A stretch of 64,000 nucleotides of DNA, taken from a virus. Shown here one piece after another: positions 10,360-19,566 of this stretch (its first letter is position 1; every line of letters starts with the position of its first letter). The translations under genes and the position numbers were made by a program. The notes below the pieces were generated by a model. The model had not been told where the DNA came from and did not search any database. It worked only from the letters and a program-made list of their open reading frames with translations. The stretch lies in IMG/VR virus record IMGVR_UViG_3300049489_000444, positions 23,108 through 87,107 of that record; one strand, 5' to 3'.

Positions 10360-10614
10360 TCATAACCGCTGCAGGACCCGTTGAGCGGCGCCGAGTAGCT
10401 CTTCGTCGGTCTGGTGGTCCCTGCCGGGGATGCGCAGCCCACGGTCGGTTATCAGGCAGAACACCTGCAGGGCCGCAACGATCGCATCACGATCCTCAAC
10501 GGAACGCACTACGTCTGTGGGTAGCGTGAATTCCTGTCCTGTCGGGACGACTACGCGATTCTTCTGGATGTTTGTGTCGTGGGTGCGTTTATTATGGATG
10601 ACCCTGGTTCCCAT
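10360..10614 (-). CDS. Hypothetical protein
   Basis: ATG at 10614 with GAGG RBS; fills the gap between orn and the tail gene. Confidence 0.5.
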   Translation of the reverse strand: MGTRVIHNKRTHDTNIQKNRVVVPTGQEFTLPTDVVRSVEDRDAIVAALQVFCLITDRGLRIPGRDHQTDEELLGAAQRVLQRL

Positions 10615-11156
10615 GCGTCGCCTCGTAGTTCGCGGTACGCCGCGCAATATGCCATGTATTGGTGCATAGCGGATTTTATGTCAGACAGTGCACGATGTTT
10701 ACCGTCTTTGGGTTGCTCTTGGTGGAGTCCAAGATGTTCGGTAAAGATCGATATAGACGAAACATCAAGATGACGATGATGCAGAAATGATTCTAGCTCT
10801 GGCATATGTGACTTGAGGAATGAACGGTCGAAATGAACCGACCTACCAGCCAAAACAACTTCGCGCGGCTTGGCCCACATACGGAGCATCGCCATCAGTG
10901 ACGATTTGACGTCCGCCAGGGACAGCCCTCGCTCGCTGATTTCATGAATCAGCCCGTTTTGTCTGTGTTGCTCTACCGCCCAGATCGACCATCCGTTGTC
11001 GTTGATTGGTCTGACCACGTAGGATATCTCTTTATGGATGTCGAGATTATCGTTGGTCAGTATGGCGGCGACCTCAACGATCGAACAAGACTGAGGGTCG
11101 AGCCCTGTGGTCTCAAGATCGAGCCATAGGAGTTTCTTCGGGTTGCCGTTCATCAC
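10551..11156 (-). CDS. orn: Oligoribonuclease (DEDDh exonuclease, Orn family)
   Basis: LLWLDLETTGLDP, HRQNGL, GRSVHFDRSFL..HMPELESFLHHRHLDVSS and HRALSDI match Orn motifs. Confidence 0.88.
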   Translation of the reverse strand: MMNGNPKKLLWLDLETTGLDPQSCSIVEVAAILTNDNLDIHKEISYVVRPINDNGWSIWAVEQHRQNGLIHEISERGLSLADVKSSLMAMLRMWAKPREVVLAGRSVHFDRSFLKSHMPELESFLHHRHLDVSSISIFTEHLGLHQEQPKDGKHRALSDIKSAMHQYMAYCAAYRELRGDAWEPGSSIINAPTTQTSRRIA

Positions 11157-11473
11157 TTTTCCTCATCGTCACTCATAGCCTTGATCGCGTTGAGGAGGCC
11201 GGTCATAGCCTTGGTGTTCTTTCCCATGCGCTTGATTCGATTACGCAACTTACCGTAGAGCTTACCGACTTCTTGATCGAGACGCACCGCGGCGTCTTCC
11301 TGTGTGATTCGCTGCTCCTGAAGGTCTTCGTTAATTTGTCCTGTTTGGGTATTGATTCCCATGATGCACTCAGCCGCATCCTCAGCCCAGTGCGTGATCT
11401 CTTCTGACGCCTGTCCGACGATCGAAACAACCTTCTCCATCTTCGCATCGACCAACCTGAGTTTCTTAGTCAC
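11153..11473 (-). CDS. Hypothetical helical protein
   Basis: 106 aa, GTG start with AGGAGG RBS, coupled to orn. Confidence 0.65.
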   Translation of the reverse strand: MTKKLRLVDAKMEKVVSIVGQASEEITHWAEDAAECIMGINTQTGQINEDLQEQRITQEDAAVRLDQEVGKLYGKLRNRIKRMGKNTKAMTGLLNAIKAMSDDEEK

Positions 11474-11504
11474 TACGTCCTCCTGGGTGTGTTGGTCGTT
11501 TACA

Positions 11505-11879
11505 TCATTGCGGGGTCTCCGGTCCAGAGACAGAGAATGTCGGCCTCAGCTTCTCTACTCGCTGTTGTTCGGCCTCTCGCTCTTCAAAACGCTGCTGAAC
11601 ATTCTCAACGGCCTTACGCCTAATAGAGGCGGAGACATCGGTCTCAACTTCGAACATGATGTGGCCTGGATCGACCTCGCATAACACGATGCGTCGAAGG
11701 CGGGCGTTGTAGTTCTGGTGCAATTCGGTACCGAGTTCTTGACCAAAACGCCCAACGATCTCAAGATACCTCAAACGGTCATCCGTGCTGGTTTGTTTGT
11801 GGTCGTACTCTCCAACAACGTAGACGGTTTTATTGCGGCCTAACGAGAAACTCACCTGTAGTGACGACTTGTCATCCAT
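11505..11879 (-). CDS. Hypothetical protein
   Basis: 124 aa ORF in operon, GAGG RBS. Confidence 0.6.
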   Translation of the reverse strand: MDDKSSLQVSFSLGRNKTVYVVGEYDHKQTSTDDRLRYLEIVGRFGQELGTELHQNYNARLRRIVLCEVDPGHIMFEVETDVSASIRRKAVENVQQRFEEREAEQQRVEKLRPTFSVSGPETPQ

Positions 11880-11882
11880 AGA

Positions 11883-12125
11883 TCACCTCGAGCAGGACCC
11901 AGATACCACATAGGTTTCTTGTGCCCCGGCTTGTGGGAATATACGGATTACGGCGTCCTTGCAGGACCGAACGATAACCACACACCAACGAGCCTCCGCG
12001 GCTGTCTGGACCTCTCTGGCGGTAATATCGGCGTCTTTTTGGTCTGCAGTCAGGCAGGCCGTATATGAGATCGGCACTAATGGTCTCGTTGGTGCGGTCA
12101 GCACCAACCACAACAAGATACTCAT
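11883..12125 (-). CDS. Small secreted/membrane protein, Cys-containing
   Basis: 80 aa with a hydrophobic N-terminus (MSILLWLVLTAP); ATGA overlap with the gyrA stop. Confidence 0.55.
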   Translation of the reverse strand: MSILLWLVLTAPTRPLVPISYTACLTADQKDADITAREVQTAAEARWCVVIVRSCKDAVIRIFPQAGAQETYVVSGSCSR

Positions 12126-14269
12126 CCGATACTCAGTATCTTGCTGATCTTCCTAGACCCGGTCGTGTTGGCGATAGTCCTGGCTGACGCGACAGCTTTT
12201 TGATTGTCATCCCATTCAACATAGCAGCGACCGGATGCCGCTACTTCCGGGTTTGGTTCATTCATGGCCCCGAACTGCAGCTTCTGTTTCTGCACGGTTA
12301 GTACTGAGTCTACCGTGGGCGCGGCCAGTATCTCGGTGGCACCGTACTTGTATTTCGGAAGAAGCTTCCATCCGCTACTGTTGACGCGGGTGGTTGGCAG
12401 TTTGTCTGGCTTGTGCGCGTAGACGGCCTTCTTGTTCCACGCAAACAGGCAATCAGTATCGCGCATACCAAGCGCCCGCACTGCTTTCTCTTGGGTCTTC
12501 AGTGCTTGGTATTTGTCCTTGATCAGCGTACCGGCGTCAAGCACGATACCTTCTCCGGTCTCGTCCATGACCGCGATACGACGAGCAGCGCTGCTCACGA
12601 TACCGGCGATCTCACCGAAGCTCTTAGGTTTTCCGACGACAAGTGATGCCGTATCGGTCCGCAACATCTGACCGCTTGCCAGTACAACCCAGAAGAACGG
12701 ACCTGTCTGGATGAGTTGGTCCCAGCCCTTCATGGAACCTCGGCGTTGTTCGGGAGATTCGTCCAGCCGGAGGACCTTACCATCACGGGAACAGGCCACC
12801 CAGGTCTGCACCTCGTCCATCGACGGAAGTTCCAGCTTTGGTCGCTTCTGGCCAAGTAGTGTCTTACGGGTATCATCACCAGCGCCCTTGACGGCCTCGC
12901 GTAGTTTTTCCGCGACCACTTTGCGGACCTGCTGCAGTTTGCGTTCCTCGGTCTGTTTGCGCTTCTTGAGATCGACCAACTCCCTATCCAGGGCCGGAAC
13001 CTGCAGGCGCGCCAGAGATCGGAGTGGTGTGTCGAGGATGATATTGGCCATCTCCGTGGTGATCTTGAAGGCCGACATGATGGCCTGATTGGGGTCCTCC
13101 GAGTCAGTCAGTATTTGAGCAATCTTTTTGAGATTGATTGCCGCTATCTTCTTGGCCTCGACACGCATGATCTGATGGTCTATGGAGACGATCTGCGCCT
13201 TGATTATCTGTTTCTCGTTTTTGATTCTGAATGACACCCAGCGCCCAAGTATCTCGGACAGCCCGAGTTGGCTGGTCACGGCGCCATCAGGCTTTGATTC
13301 GTTTACAAAAAATCGATACGAGACACTGGTCTCCAGCAATGGAAGCACGTGGTCGTGCACGAACCTCGGGTTGCTGAAGCAGACCACGATCCTCGTGCCG
13401 TCCTTCTTTGAAGACTTGTTGGTGACGCTCTGGATGTTTCCAGCTTCACGGAACTTCTCACAGGTCTCGACGAACTTCGACATGTTGAAGCGTGGCGCGT
13501 ACGAAGTGATGATGAGTTGGTTGCCGTCGTAGTGGTACTGACAACGAAAGCTCAGTTGCCCCTCACCAGCCCCGTACAGAGCACGAACCTGTTCCGGCGT
13601 ACTGAGTAGAACTCCTGACCCGTAGTCTGGACCACGGATATGCTCGAGCAGCACGTCCAGGCCCGGAGACTCGTCGGCCTCCAAAATGGCGCAGCACGCC
13701 CCAACAACCTCAGTGAGGTTGTGCGGCGGAACCTCTGACGCGATACCGACCGCGATACCGGAGCAACCATTCAGCAGCAGGAATGGAAGCTCAGCCGCAA
13801 AAACGACCGGTTCTTTGTATCGGTCATCAAAGTTCGGCTGCGTCTCGATGATGGAGTCGTCCTGGCCGATCATACGGCCAGAGAGCCTATGCAGGCGAGC
13901 TTCGGTGTAGCGGTAGGCCGCCGCTGGGTCACCGTCTACTGAGCCGAAGTTTCCCTTACCCTCGACAAGCGGGTAACGGCATGTCGCGAGCCCGACAAGG
14001 GCATCGTATACGCTTGTATCACCATGCGGGTGGTACCGCGCCAGCACCGTCCCAACTGTGTTGGCGCTCTTCGTGAAGTCTTTCCCGTGGTGGAGTCCTA
14101 GTTGGTGCATCGCCCATAGGATGCGACGCTGTACTGGCTTGAGGCCATCACGGTAGTCAGCAACAGCCCTGTTCCCGACGACATACTGCCCATAAAGACT
14201 GTAGGCGCTATGAGCATACTGCTGAGCTAGTGTCGACGAGCTACGGCTCATTTTCCGCCCTCGAGCCAT
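12122..14269 (-). CDS. gyrA: Type IIA topoisomerase subunit A (GyrA/ParC family)
   Basis: RDGLKPVQRRILWAM, YHPHGD, GNFGSVDGD, active-site AAAYRYTEARL, GIAVGIA..VPPHN. The C-terminal domain is divergent and no GyrA-box is seen, so it may be ParC-like. Confidence 0.92.
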   Translation of the reverse strand: MARGRKMSRSSSTLAQQYAHSAYSLYGQYVVGNRAVADYRDGLKPVQRRILWAMHQLGLHHGKDFTKSANTVGTVLARYHPHGDTSVYDALVGLATCRYPLVEGKGNFGSVDGDPAAAYRYTEARLHRLSGRMIGQDDSIIETQPNFDDRYKEPVVFAAELPFLLLNGCSGIAVGIASEVPPHNLTEVVGACCAILEADESPGLDVLLEHIRGPDYGSGVLLSTPEQVRALYGAGEGQLSFRCQYHYDGNQLIITSYAPRFNMSKFVETCEKFREAGNIQSVTNKSSKKDGTRIVVCFSNPRFVHDHVLPLLETSVSYRFFVNESKPDGAVTSQLGLSEILGRWVSFRIKNEKQIIKAQIVSIDHQIMRVEAKKIAAINLKKIAQILTDSEDPNQAIMSAFKITTEMANIILDTPLRSLARLQVPALDRELVDLKKRKQTEERKLQQVRKVVAEKLREAVKGAGDDTRKTLLGQKRPKLELPSMDEVQTWVACSRDGKVLRLDESPEQRRGSMKGWDQLIQTGPFFWVVLASGQMLRTDTASLVVGKPKSFGEIAGIVSSAARRIAVMDETGEGIVLDAGTLIKDKYQALKTQEKAVRALGMRDTDCLFAWNKKAVYAHKPDKLPTTRVNSSGWKLLPKYKYGATEILAAPTVDSVLTVQKQKLQFGAMNEPNPEVAASGRCYVEWDDNQKAVASARTIANTTGSRKISKILSIG

Positions 14270-14499
14270 CCCTGTGAACCATCAGCACTGATAAGCTCCT
14301 GTTCTTCGTCGGAGAGGTCCCACCAGAGCTTCTCCATGCGGTCGAGCACCGAGTTGACGATGGGTGACGACAATCCGTGGCCCTTCTTACCGAGGTCAGT
14401 AAGTTCGGCTTGGAGCTTCCTGTACTGGGTCAATGCGTTTTCCATCATGGTCTCCAGATATGCGAAATGCGTGGCAGGCCCGAAGACTCTGCCACGCAT
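14248..14499 (-). CDS. Hypothetical protein between the topoisomerase genes
   Basis: 3' part of ORF 14248..14628 (…LDRMEKLWWDLSDEEQ…); start codon uncertain. Confidence 0.5.
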   Translation of the reverse strand: MRGRVFGPATHFAYLETMMENALTQYRKLQAELTDLGKKGHGLSSPIVNSVLDRMEKLWWDLSDEEQELISADGSQGWLEGGK

Positions 14500-14519
14500 T
14501 TCGTCGAACGGCCGAAGTC

Positions 14520-14588
14520 TCAGCCCTTCTTGGACTTCTTGGTGATCTTCGCGGTAGCCTTCTTGGTGGTCTTCTTCTTGGCAGCCAT
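14520..14588 (-). CDS. 22-aa Lys/Ala/Thr-rich micro-protein MAAKKKTTKKATAKITKKSKKG
   Basis: ATG preceded by AAAGGA, TGA stop, all Lys codons AAG. Below the ORF-track length cutoff. Confidence 0.65.
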   Translation of the reverse strand: MAAKKKTTKKATAKITKKSKKG

Positions 14589-14648
14589 CTTCGTTCCTTT
14601 GTTGGGCTGAGCGGTATGCCCGAGCCATCGATGGTCAGTTTACGCCGG

Positions 14649-16526
14649 TCATTGCGTTTTTTGTGCGGGATCTTGATCGAGACCCAACAATAATCGGCGT
14701 GCCCCGGCGTCCGCCCCCATGAGGGCCTGTAGTCCGGCGTCGGTGGCGTCGTCGCGGGTGATGCGGAGCAGCCTACGCGTCTGCTGATTCATCGCGTAGT
14801 ACTGCAGGTCCTCTGGCTCGGCCTCTCCATGGCCCTTGAACCGGGTAATCTGAGGTTTGGCGTTCTTGGGGAGGCCCCGCATGACCTCCTCCAGGGTGTC
14901 CCCGTAGATGTTTTGATCTTTGTATTGCGCTTTGAATAGCGGCGACCGCACCACCCAGACCATCCCGGCATCGATGATGGGGGCCATGTAGCGGTTGAGA
15001 AACGAGATCATCAGGGCTGTGATATGAGCCCCGTCAGGGTCGGCGTCCATCAGCAAGAGCAGCTTGGAGATGCGAGCCTTACGTGGATCACACTTGTCGC
15101 CGATACCGGCCCCGACGGCCGTGATGATCATCTTGATTTCTTCGTTCTCCAGTAAGGACGACTTGGCTTTCTGGAGCGCATTAGGGATCTTGCCTTTCAG
15201 TCCGAGCACTTCTTGGTTGTACGGGTTACGGGCCTGCTTGACCGTGCCGCCCGCGCTCTCACCCTCGACTAAAAATGTTTCACGTTCTTCTGGTTTGCAG
15301 TCCGGGGCCTCGGCAAACTTGTTAGCCGGCAGGACTCCGCGTTTGTTCCGGTTGAACGTGACGACATTCTTGGACGCGTCTTTGTCTCGTTCAAACCGCT
15401 CACGGGCGCTCTTTAACTTGGTGGCCCGGCTGATGACGGAATCTACAACCTTAGACTGCACGTGCACGAATTTCGAGACCGTGTCCTTGAGCGCCTCGTA
15501 TACCTCTGAGGCTGTCTCTTTGTTCTGGAGGGCGTCCTTGGTCTGGCCCTTAAATTGAGGATTCTTCAGTTTGACATGGATGGCCACACGCAGCCCGACA
15601 CGAAGATCATCATTCTCGATAGCCTTGGTGGCCCGCGGAGCTATCGTGTTGGTGATGAGCCGCTTCAGGCCTGTGACGTGCGTACCGCCAAGTGGGGTCG
15701 GGCTGCTGTTGACGTAGCTGAACCACTTCTCGTCAGATGCGTTGGTCCAACAGAACGCGACCTCTATGGCGTCAGATTTGAACAACTGCACCGGGTGGAG
15801 GGCGTCACACTTTTCCTTGGCGACATGATCTTCGATGAAGCCCTTGAGTCCGTCCTCTTGGTGGTACCGCTCCAATTCCTCTTCATCGACTTGAAATGCG
15901 AAGGTTAAACCGGCGCAGAGATACGAGAGGTCCTTGAGCATCGTGCGTAGGACATCAGGATCGAACTTACATTTCTTGCCGAAAATATCCTCGTCTGGCG
16001 TGAACGTGACCTGCGTACCGTGTTTGTGGGAGGCCGGTTTCTTGGTCGGTATACCGCTGGCGTACTGTGGGTGCAGCTTGCCCTGCTGGAACTCCAGATA
16101 GTGCCTCACACTGTCGATTGTGCTGGCAACACGTACCCTGCTGGACAGCGCATTGACGACAGTGACCCCGACCCCATGAAGGCCAGCGCTGACCGAATAG
16201 GCGCCTTGGCTGAATTTACCGCCAGCGCCCGCGATAAGGAACACGGTAGCCAGCGCGGACATGTTTGTTTTGGGGTGAATCCCGACCGGGATACCGCGCC
16301 CGTCGTCCCAGATGGTCAGCGTATTGTCTTTGGTTACTAGCGTAACGCGGATCTCTGTGGCATGGCCACCCATGTATTCATCTACTGAATTGGAGAGAAC
16401 CTCACGGGCCAGTTGGTGCATCCCGGCCTTCCGTGTATCGGCGATGTACATGCCGGGTCTGGCACGCACATGGTCGACATTCTGGACAACCTCGATATGC
16501 GAGGCATCATATTCCTTCGATTTCAT
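14649..16526 (-). CDS. gyrB: Type IIA topoisomerase subunit B (GyrB/ParE family)
   Basis: VRARPGMYI, NSVDE, DDGRGIP, GGKF, GLHGVGVTVVNALS, EGESAGG, DADPDGAHI, RFKGHGE. Confidence 0.93.
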   Translation of the reverse strand: MKSKEYDASHIEVVQNVDHVRARPGMYIADTRKAGMHQLAREVLSNSVDEYMGGHATEIRVTLVTKDNTLTIWDDGRGIPVGIHPKTNMSALATVFLIAGAGGKFSQGAYSVSAGLHGVGVTVVNALSSRVRVASTIDSVRHYLEFQQGKLHPQYASGIPTKKPASHKHGTQVTFTPDEDIFGKKCKFDPDVLRTMLKDLSYLCAGLTFAFQVDEEELERYHQEDGLKGFIEDHVAKEKCDALHPVQLFKSDAIEVAFCWTNASDEKWFSYVNSSPTPLGGTHVTGLKRLITNTIAPRATKAIENDDLRVGLRVAIHVKLKNPQFKGQTKDALQNKETASEVYEALKDTVSKFVHVQSKVVDSVISRATKLKSARERFERDKDASKNVVTFNRNKRGVLPANKFAEAPDCKPEERETFLVEGESAGGTVKQARNPYNQEVLGLKGKIPNALQKAKSSLLENEEIKMIITAVGAGIGDKCDPRKARISKLLLLMDADPDGAHITALMISFLNRYMAPIIDAGMVWVVRSPLFKAQYKDQNIYGDTLEEVMRGLPKNAKPQITRFKGHGEAEPEDLQYYAMNQQTRRLLRITRDDATDAGLQALMGADAGARRLLLGLDQDPAQKTQ

Positions 16527-16559
16527 GAGGTCTCTCCGTTACCTTCTTGGTTGGTCGTA

Positions 16560-16904
16560 TTAGGGGGTGAACCGCCAGTTTGTTCGCACCGTACCGACCA
16601 GTGAGCCAAATGTGGTGTTGGTATTTTCAAGATTCTTCTGCGGTCTCGAACTAGCCTCTAGCGCCTTTTCAAGGTTATCCCGCAGTCTCAGGTCAGCCTC
16701 TAGCGCTTTGGCTTCCTCTTCAGCGCTCAGTGTGTCGGATACCGCCGATTGGTTCTGTACGATCTCATCTAGTTCAGCGCTTAGAACATTCAGAAAATCG
16801 CCATGAGACCTAAAGTGGACAGCACCTATCCTGCGTCCGTATTCGTTTTCGATGTATTCCTTGATGATGTTTGCGATCTCAGTTTGGTTCAGTGTGATCT
16901 TCAT
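16560..16904 (-). CDS. Hypothetical protein
   Basis: 114 aa, MKITLNQTEI... N-terminus typical of small phage proteins; ATGA coupling. Confidence 0.65.
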   Translation of the reverse strand: MKITLNQTEIANIIKEYIENEYGRRIGAVHFRSHGDFLNVLSAELDEIVQNQSAVSDTLSAEEEAKALEADLRLRDNLEKALEASSRPQKNLENTNTTFGSLVGTVRTNWRFTP

Positions 16905-17203
16905 TGTAGCTCGATCCTCGTCAGGTACATCGGCGTAAGTGGACCCATGTAGGCTCCCGCGACATTGAAATCAAAGTACTCGACGGCTTCCTCATACGTC
17001 ATTTGCTTGGCAAGAACATCGATGCAGCGAGTTACGTCGTAGCATACCACGGGCGGGCTTCCGCAACGCTCTACGACGCCAACAATCGCCTCATCGAACC
17101 CGTCAGCAAACATCAACTCATCATAGTTGTTTTCTAGCCACTCCCGCAGGTTTGCATGATTTTCTGGCACACACCCGTTTAACGACGAGGTCTTGGTCGA
17201 CAT
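16901..17203 (-). CDS. Conserved phage hypothetical protein
   Basis: DGFDEAIVG...YD...EEAVEYFDFNVAGAYMG..TP pattern common in phages; GGAG RBS before the ATG at 17203. Confidence 0.7.
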   Translation of the reverse strand: MSTKTSSLNGCVPENHANLREWLENNYDELMFADGFDEAIVGVVERCGSPPVVCYDVTRCIDVLAKQMTYEEAVEYFDFNVAGAYMGPLTPMYLTRIELQ

Positions 17204-17468
17204 CCTGATTGCTCCTATCCGCGTCAGTCGGAACGAACCCGTACCGACATCCGCATTGTGGGCATTCGCCGATCCTGAGATCAGGTCTCGGCTTGGCCTT
17301 GTGGCTTCGTTTGGTGCTTTGTTTGAGTGCAGGTTCGTTGTTCGTTGGCTGGGGTGTAACATCCGGTCTACGGTGAGATTCGGCGTGTGCTGGTCTCGCG
17401 ACACGCTTCAACCTGATAGACCTACCCCAGCCATCAGTGATCGTTTCAAAACTCGATGGTTTGGACAT
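17121..17468 (-). CDS. Hypothetical protein with Zn-ribbon-like Cys motifs
   Basis: 115 aa, CPQCG and CARKSC; overlaps the downstream gene. Confidence 0.45.
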   Translation of the reverse strand: MSKPSSFETITDGWGRSIRLKRVARPAHAESHRRPDVTPQPTNNEPALKQSTKRSHKAKPRPDLRIGECPQCGCRYGFVPTDADRSNQDVDQDLVVKRVCARKSCKPAGVARKQL

Positions 17469-17478
17469 AGACAGGTCT

Positions 17479-17763
17479 TTACTGCCCCACAGGCACCTTC
17501 ATCATGGGGTCTGTGTCGATCTCATCGGTCTTTTTAGCGGACTCTTGTTCTTTGATTTTGGCTGATGCGTCCTGATCCTCTACCTTCTTGGCGGTGAGGC
17601 TGATGTCGACGATGCCGACCTTAACATGCAGGTCCGGCACGACGAGATCGTGCTTGTCTACGAAGTTGGCTACCATCTCTAGCATCTCGCGGACAATCTG
17701 TTCCTTGTTGCCAGACTTCAGCTTGGAGATAGCGGCATCTAGAAACGCTTTGGGATCGAACAT
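17479..17763 (-). CDS. Hypothetical protein
   Basis: 94 aa with a GGAGG RBS. Confidence 0.7.
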   Translation of the reverse strand: MFDPKAFLDAAISKLKSGNKEQIVREMLEMVANFVDKHDLVVPDLHVKVGIVDISLTAKKVEDQDASAKIKEQESAKKTDEIDTDPMMKVPVGQ

Positions 17764-17853
17764 GTTTGCCTCCGTGGTTAAAATCAGACATAACGCGTGG
17801 GCGCTGACTCGGATGGATAGGATTCAGCGGAGGAAGATCGGGGCGATAGCCGC

Positions 17854-17964
17854 TCATGGCCACAGCCACGCCGCAATACCGATGAGCGTCACGAGAATCA
17901 AGAACGACCTGATGACCGGCCAGTAGTCGTACTTCCAACGAAGGGCGAAAGAGAACTTGATCAC
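17854..17964 (-). CDS. Small single-pass membrane protein
   Basis: GTG start overlapping the thyX stop, AAGGAG RBS, hydrophobic FLILVTLIGIAAWLW. Confidence 0.5.
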   Translation of the reverse strand: MIKFSFALRWKYDYWPVIRSFLILVTLIGIAAWLWP

Positions 17965-18905
17965 AGAATCTCCTTTCCACCGACCTTGTACTTCCTGAGT
18001 AGTTCGGTCTGTTTGGAGTCGGACATCCCAGCGTTCTTGGCATTCCTCATGAGGTTCTTCTCCGCCCACTCTAAGTCGCCATCGTCATGCATGGTGTCGA
18101 GGAGCGCCTTCATTTCCGTCCGACTCAGGTGCACGCCGTATAGGTCATATTCTTCAAAAAGCGCATAAGTACGTGGCCATAGGTCTCTGACAATAGCCGC
18201 GACAGCCTCAGCGTAAAGTCTGATTTCGAGTTGGGCGTTAGGCCTCATGCGGAGGTTGAGGAACCCAAGCCAGTTCCGTAGATCCGTCTTGGCTCGCATC
18301 TTCGAGTAGCGCGAGACCGGCGTATTGAGGCGGGCCACTTCCTTTGCCACCCCAGCCTGTATGAGGTTGTCATAGGTGCTGTAGACGTCATGCTGTTCTC
18401 GTTCCAGTTCGTCGCGGTACGCCACGGCCATGGCTTCAGTGAACGCCTCGTCACTGCCCTGCTTGTTGGTCTTGCTCTGCTTCTGGATTCGACCAACATC
18501 AGGCACGTAGTGCAGGTTGGGCATCACCGAATAACGAGCCGAAAATTCTGAATATGACTGAGTCCTGTGTCGGTGCCATTCCCGGAACACCATGATGGGC
18601 GCCTGCACCTCGATCTGCAACTCGCACATCTCGAACGGTGTACTGTGCTTGTTACGGTACATGAAATCAAGAAGCCCTTTGTCTCCCGGCTTCTTCTTCC
18701 ACGCATGTGGTAGGTCTGCACAACTCATACGGTGAGGTAGCCCCTTCACCTCCCCGCACTGCTCACATTGCTCACGGTCATCCCAGCCCTCGAAGCCACG
18801 ACCTGTCGACATGCGTGCCGCTGAAATAATATCCTCATCGGTTCCCATGTGGTCGATGAGTTTTACGTAGCCGTGGTCAAGGACTTTGATCTCATTCGTT
18901 TTCAT
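17961..18905 (-). CDS. thyX: Flavin-dependent thymidylate synthase
   Basis: AARMS, HSTPFE, REWHRHRTQSYSEFSARY, EVAR, RNWLGFLNLR, AQLEIR; GGAGG RBS before the ATG at 18905. Confidence 0.95.
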   Translation of the reverse strand: MKTNEIKVLDHGYVKLIDHMGTDEDIISAARMSTGRGFEGWDDREQCEQCGEVKGLPHRMSCADLPHAWKKKPGDKGLLDFMYRNKHSTPFEMCELQIEVQAPIMVFREWHRHRTQSYSEFSARYSVMPNLHYVPDVGRIQKQSKTNKQGSDEAFTEAMAVAYRDELEREQHDVYSTYDNLIQAGVAKEVARLNTPVSRYSKMRAKTDLRNWLGFLNLRMRPNAQLEIRLYAEAVAAIVRDLWPRTYALFEEYDLYGVHLSRTEMKALLDTMHDDGDLEWAEKNLMRNAKNAGMSDSKQTELLRKYKVGGKEIL

Positions 18906-19003
18906 CTGTTTTCTCCTCCACATAGATTTTAAGAACGCAAAGATAACACCCATTCATTTTATGGCGCGGCCAAATTACGGCTCGAATGTGTTCCTTCCTG
19001 AGA

Positions 19004-19378
19004 TTAGTCATTGAGGTTCCTCGGCTCTAACATGCAGGACGGACAAGCATCCAACACTGACCCGTGAGCGCACTTCATCTGCGCCGTCTTGTCGTCGATG
19101 ACAGCGCCATCCTCCAAGAGACCTTCATCGAACAGGTTCTGGATGGACTTATCGACATCTTCGAGTCCGTAAGGGACTGAATCGACCCACGTATCAGGAA
19201 CGCTCTTGATGTCACGAACACGGCGCGCCCGTACAGAGTAATCGAAGTTACCGATATCATTGAGCATGTCGTTCAAATGTTGTTCCTGTATTGCCTCCTC
19301 TACATTCGGGATGTCATGCCCGGCATCTTCAAGCCAACAGTAGGCTTCGTACTCCAGGGTCACTCGATAAAGTGGCAT
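19004..19378 (-). CDS. Acidic hypothetical protein
   Basis: GGAG RBS before MPLYRV; C-terminal CAHG...CPSC. Confidence 0.6.
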   Translation of the reverse strand: MPLYRVTLEYEAYCWLEDAGHDIPNVEEAIQEQHLNDMLNDIGNFDYSVRARRVRDIKSVPDTWVDSVPYGLEDVDKSIQNLFDEGLLEDGAVIDDKTAQMKCAHGSVLDACPSCMLEPRNLND

Positions 19379-19566
19379 TGTTTCTCCGGTTGCGGCATCA
19401 GGTGGGCGCATGTTCCAGCAGGGTTGCCGTTGTTGGGTTGCTGAAGGAGGACGAACGGTGGCTCGACGAAGTACGCCTGCCGCGACGACGGCTCCGCCGT
19501 GTAGCGATGGCAGGATTGACGCATCTGACAGTTACCGCCCGGACACATCGTGATGTCCGGCATCAC
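19360..19566 (-). CDS. Small Cys-rich phage protein
   Basis: PDITMCPGGNC..RQSCHRY...QAYF..PP pattern seen in many phages. Confidence 0.65.
   Translation of the reverse strand: MMPDITMCPGGNCQMRQSCHRYTAEPSSRQAYFVEPPFVLLQQPNNGNPAGTCAHLMPQPEKQCHFIE

Noticed and set aside
14248-14628. 126-aa ORF as called in the track
   Set aside because: Its 5' part is the off-frame reading of the Lys-rich micro-ORF, which has the better RBS; only the 3' part is kept.
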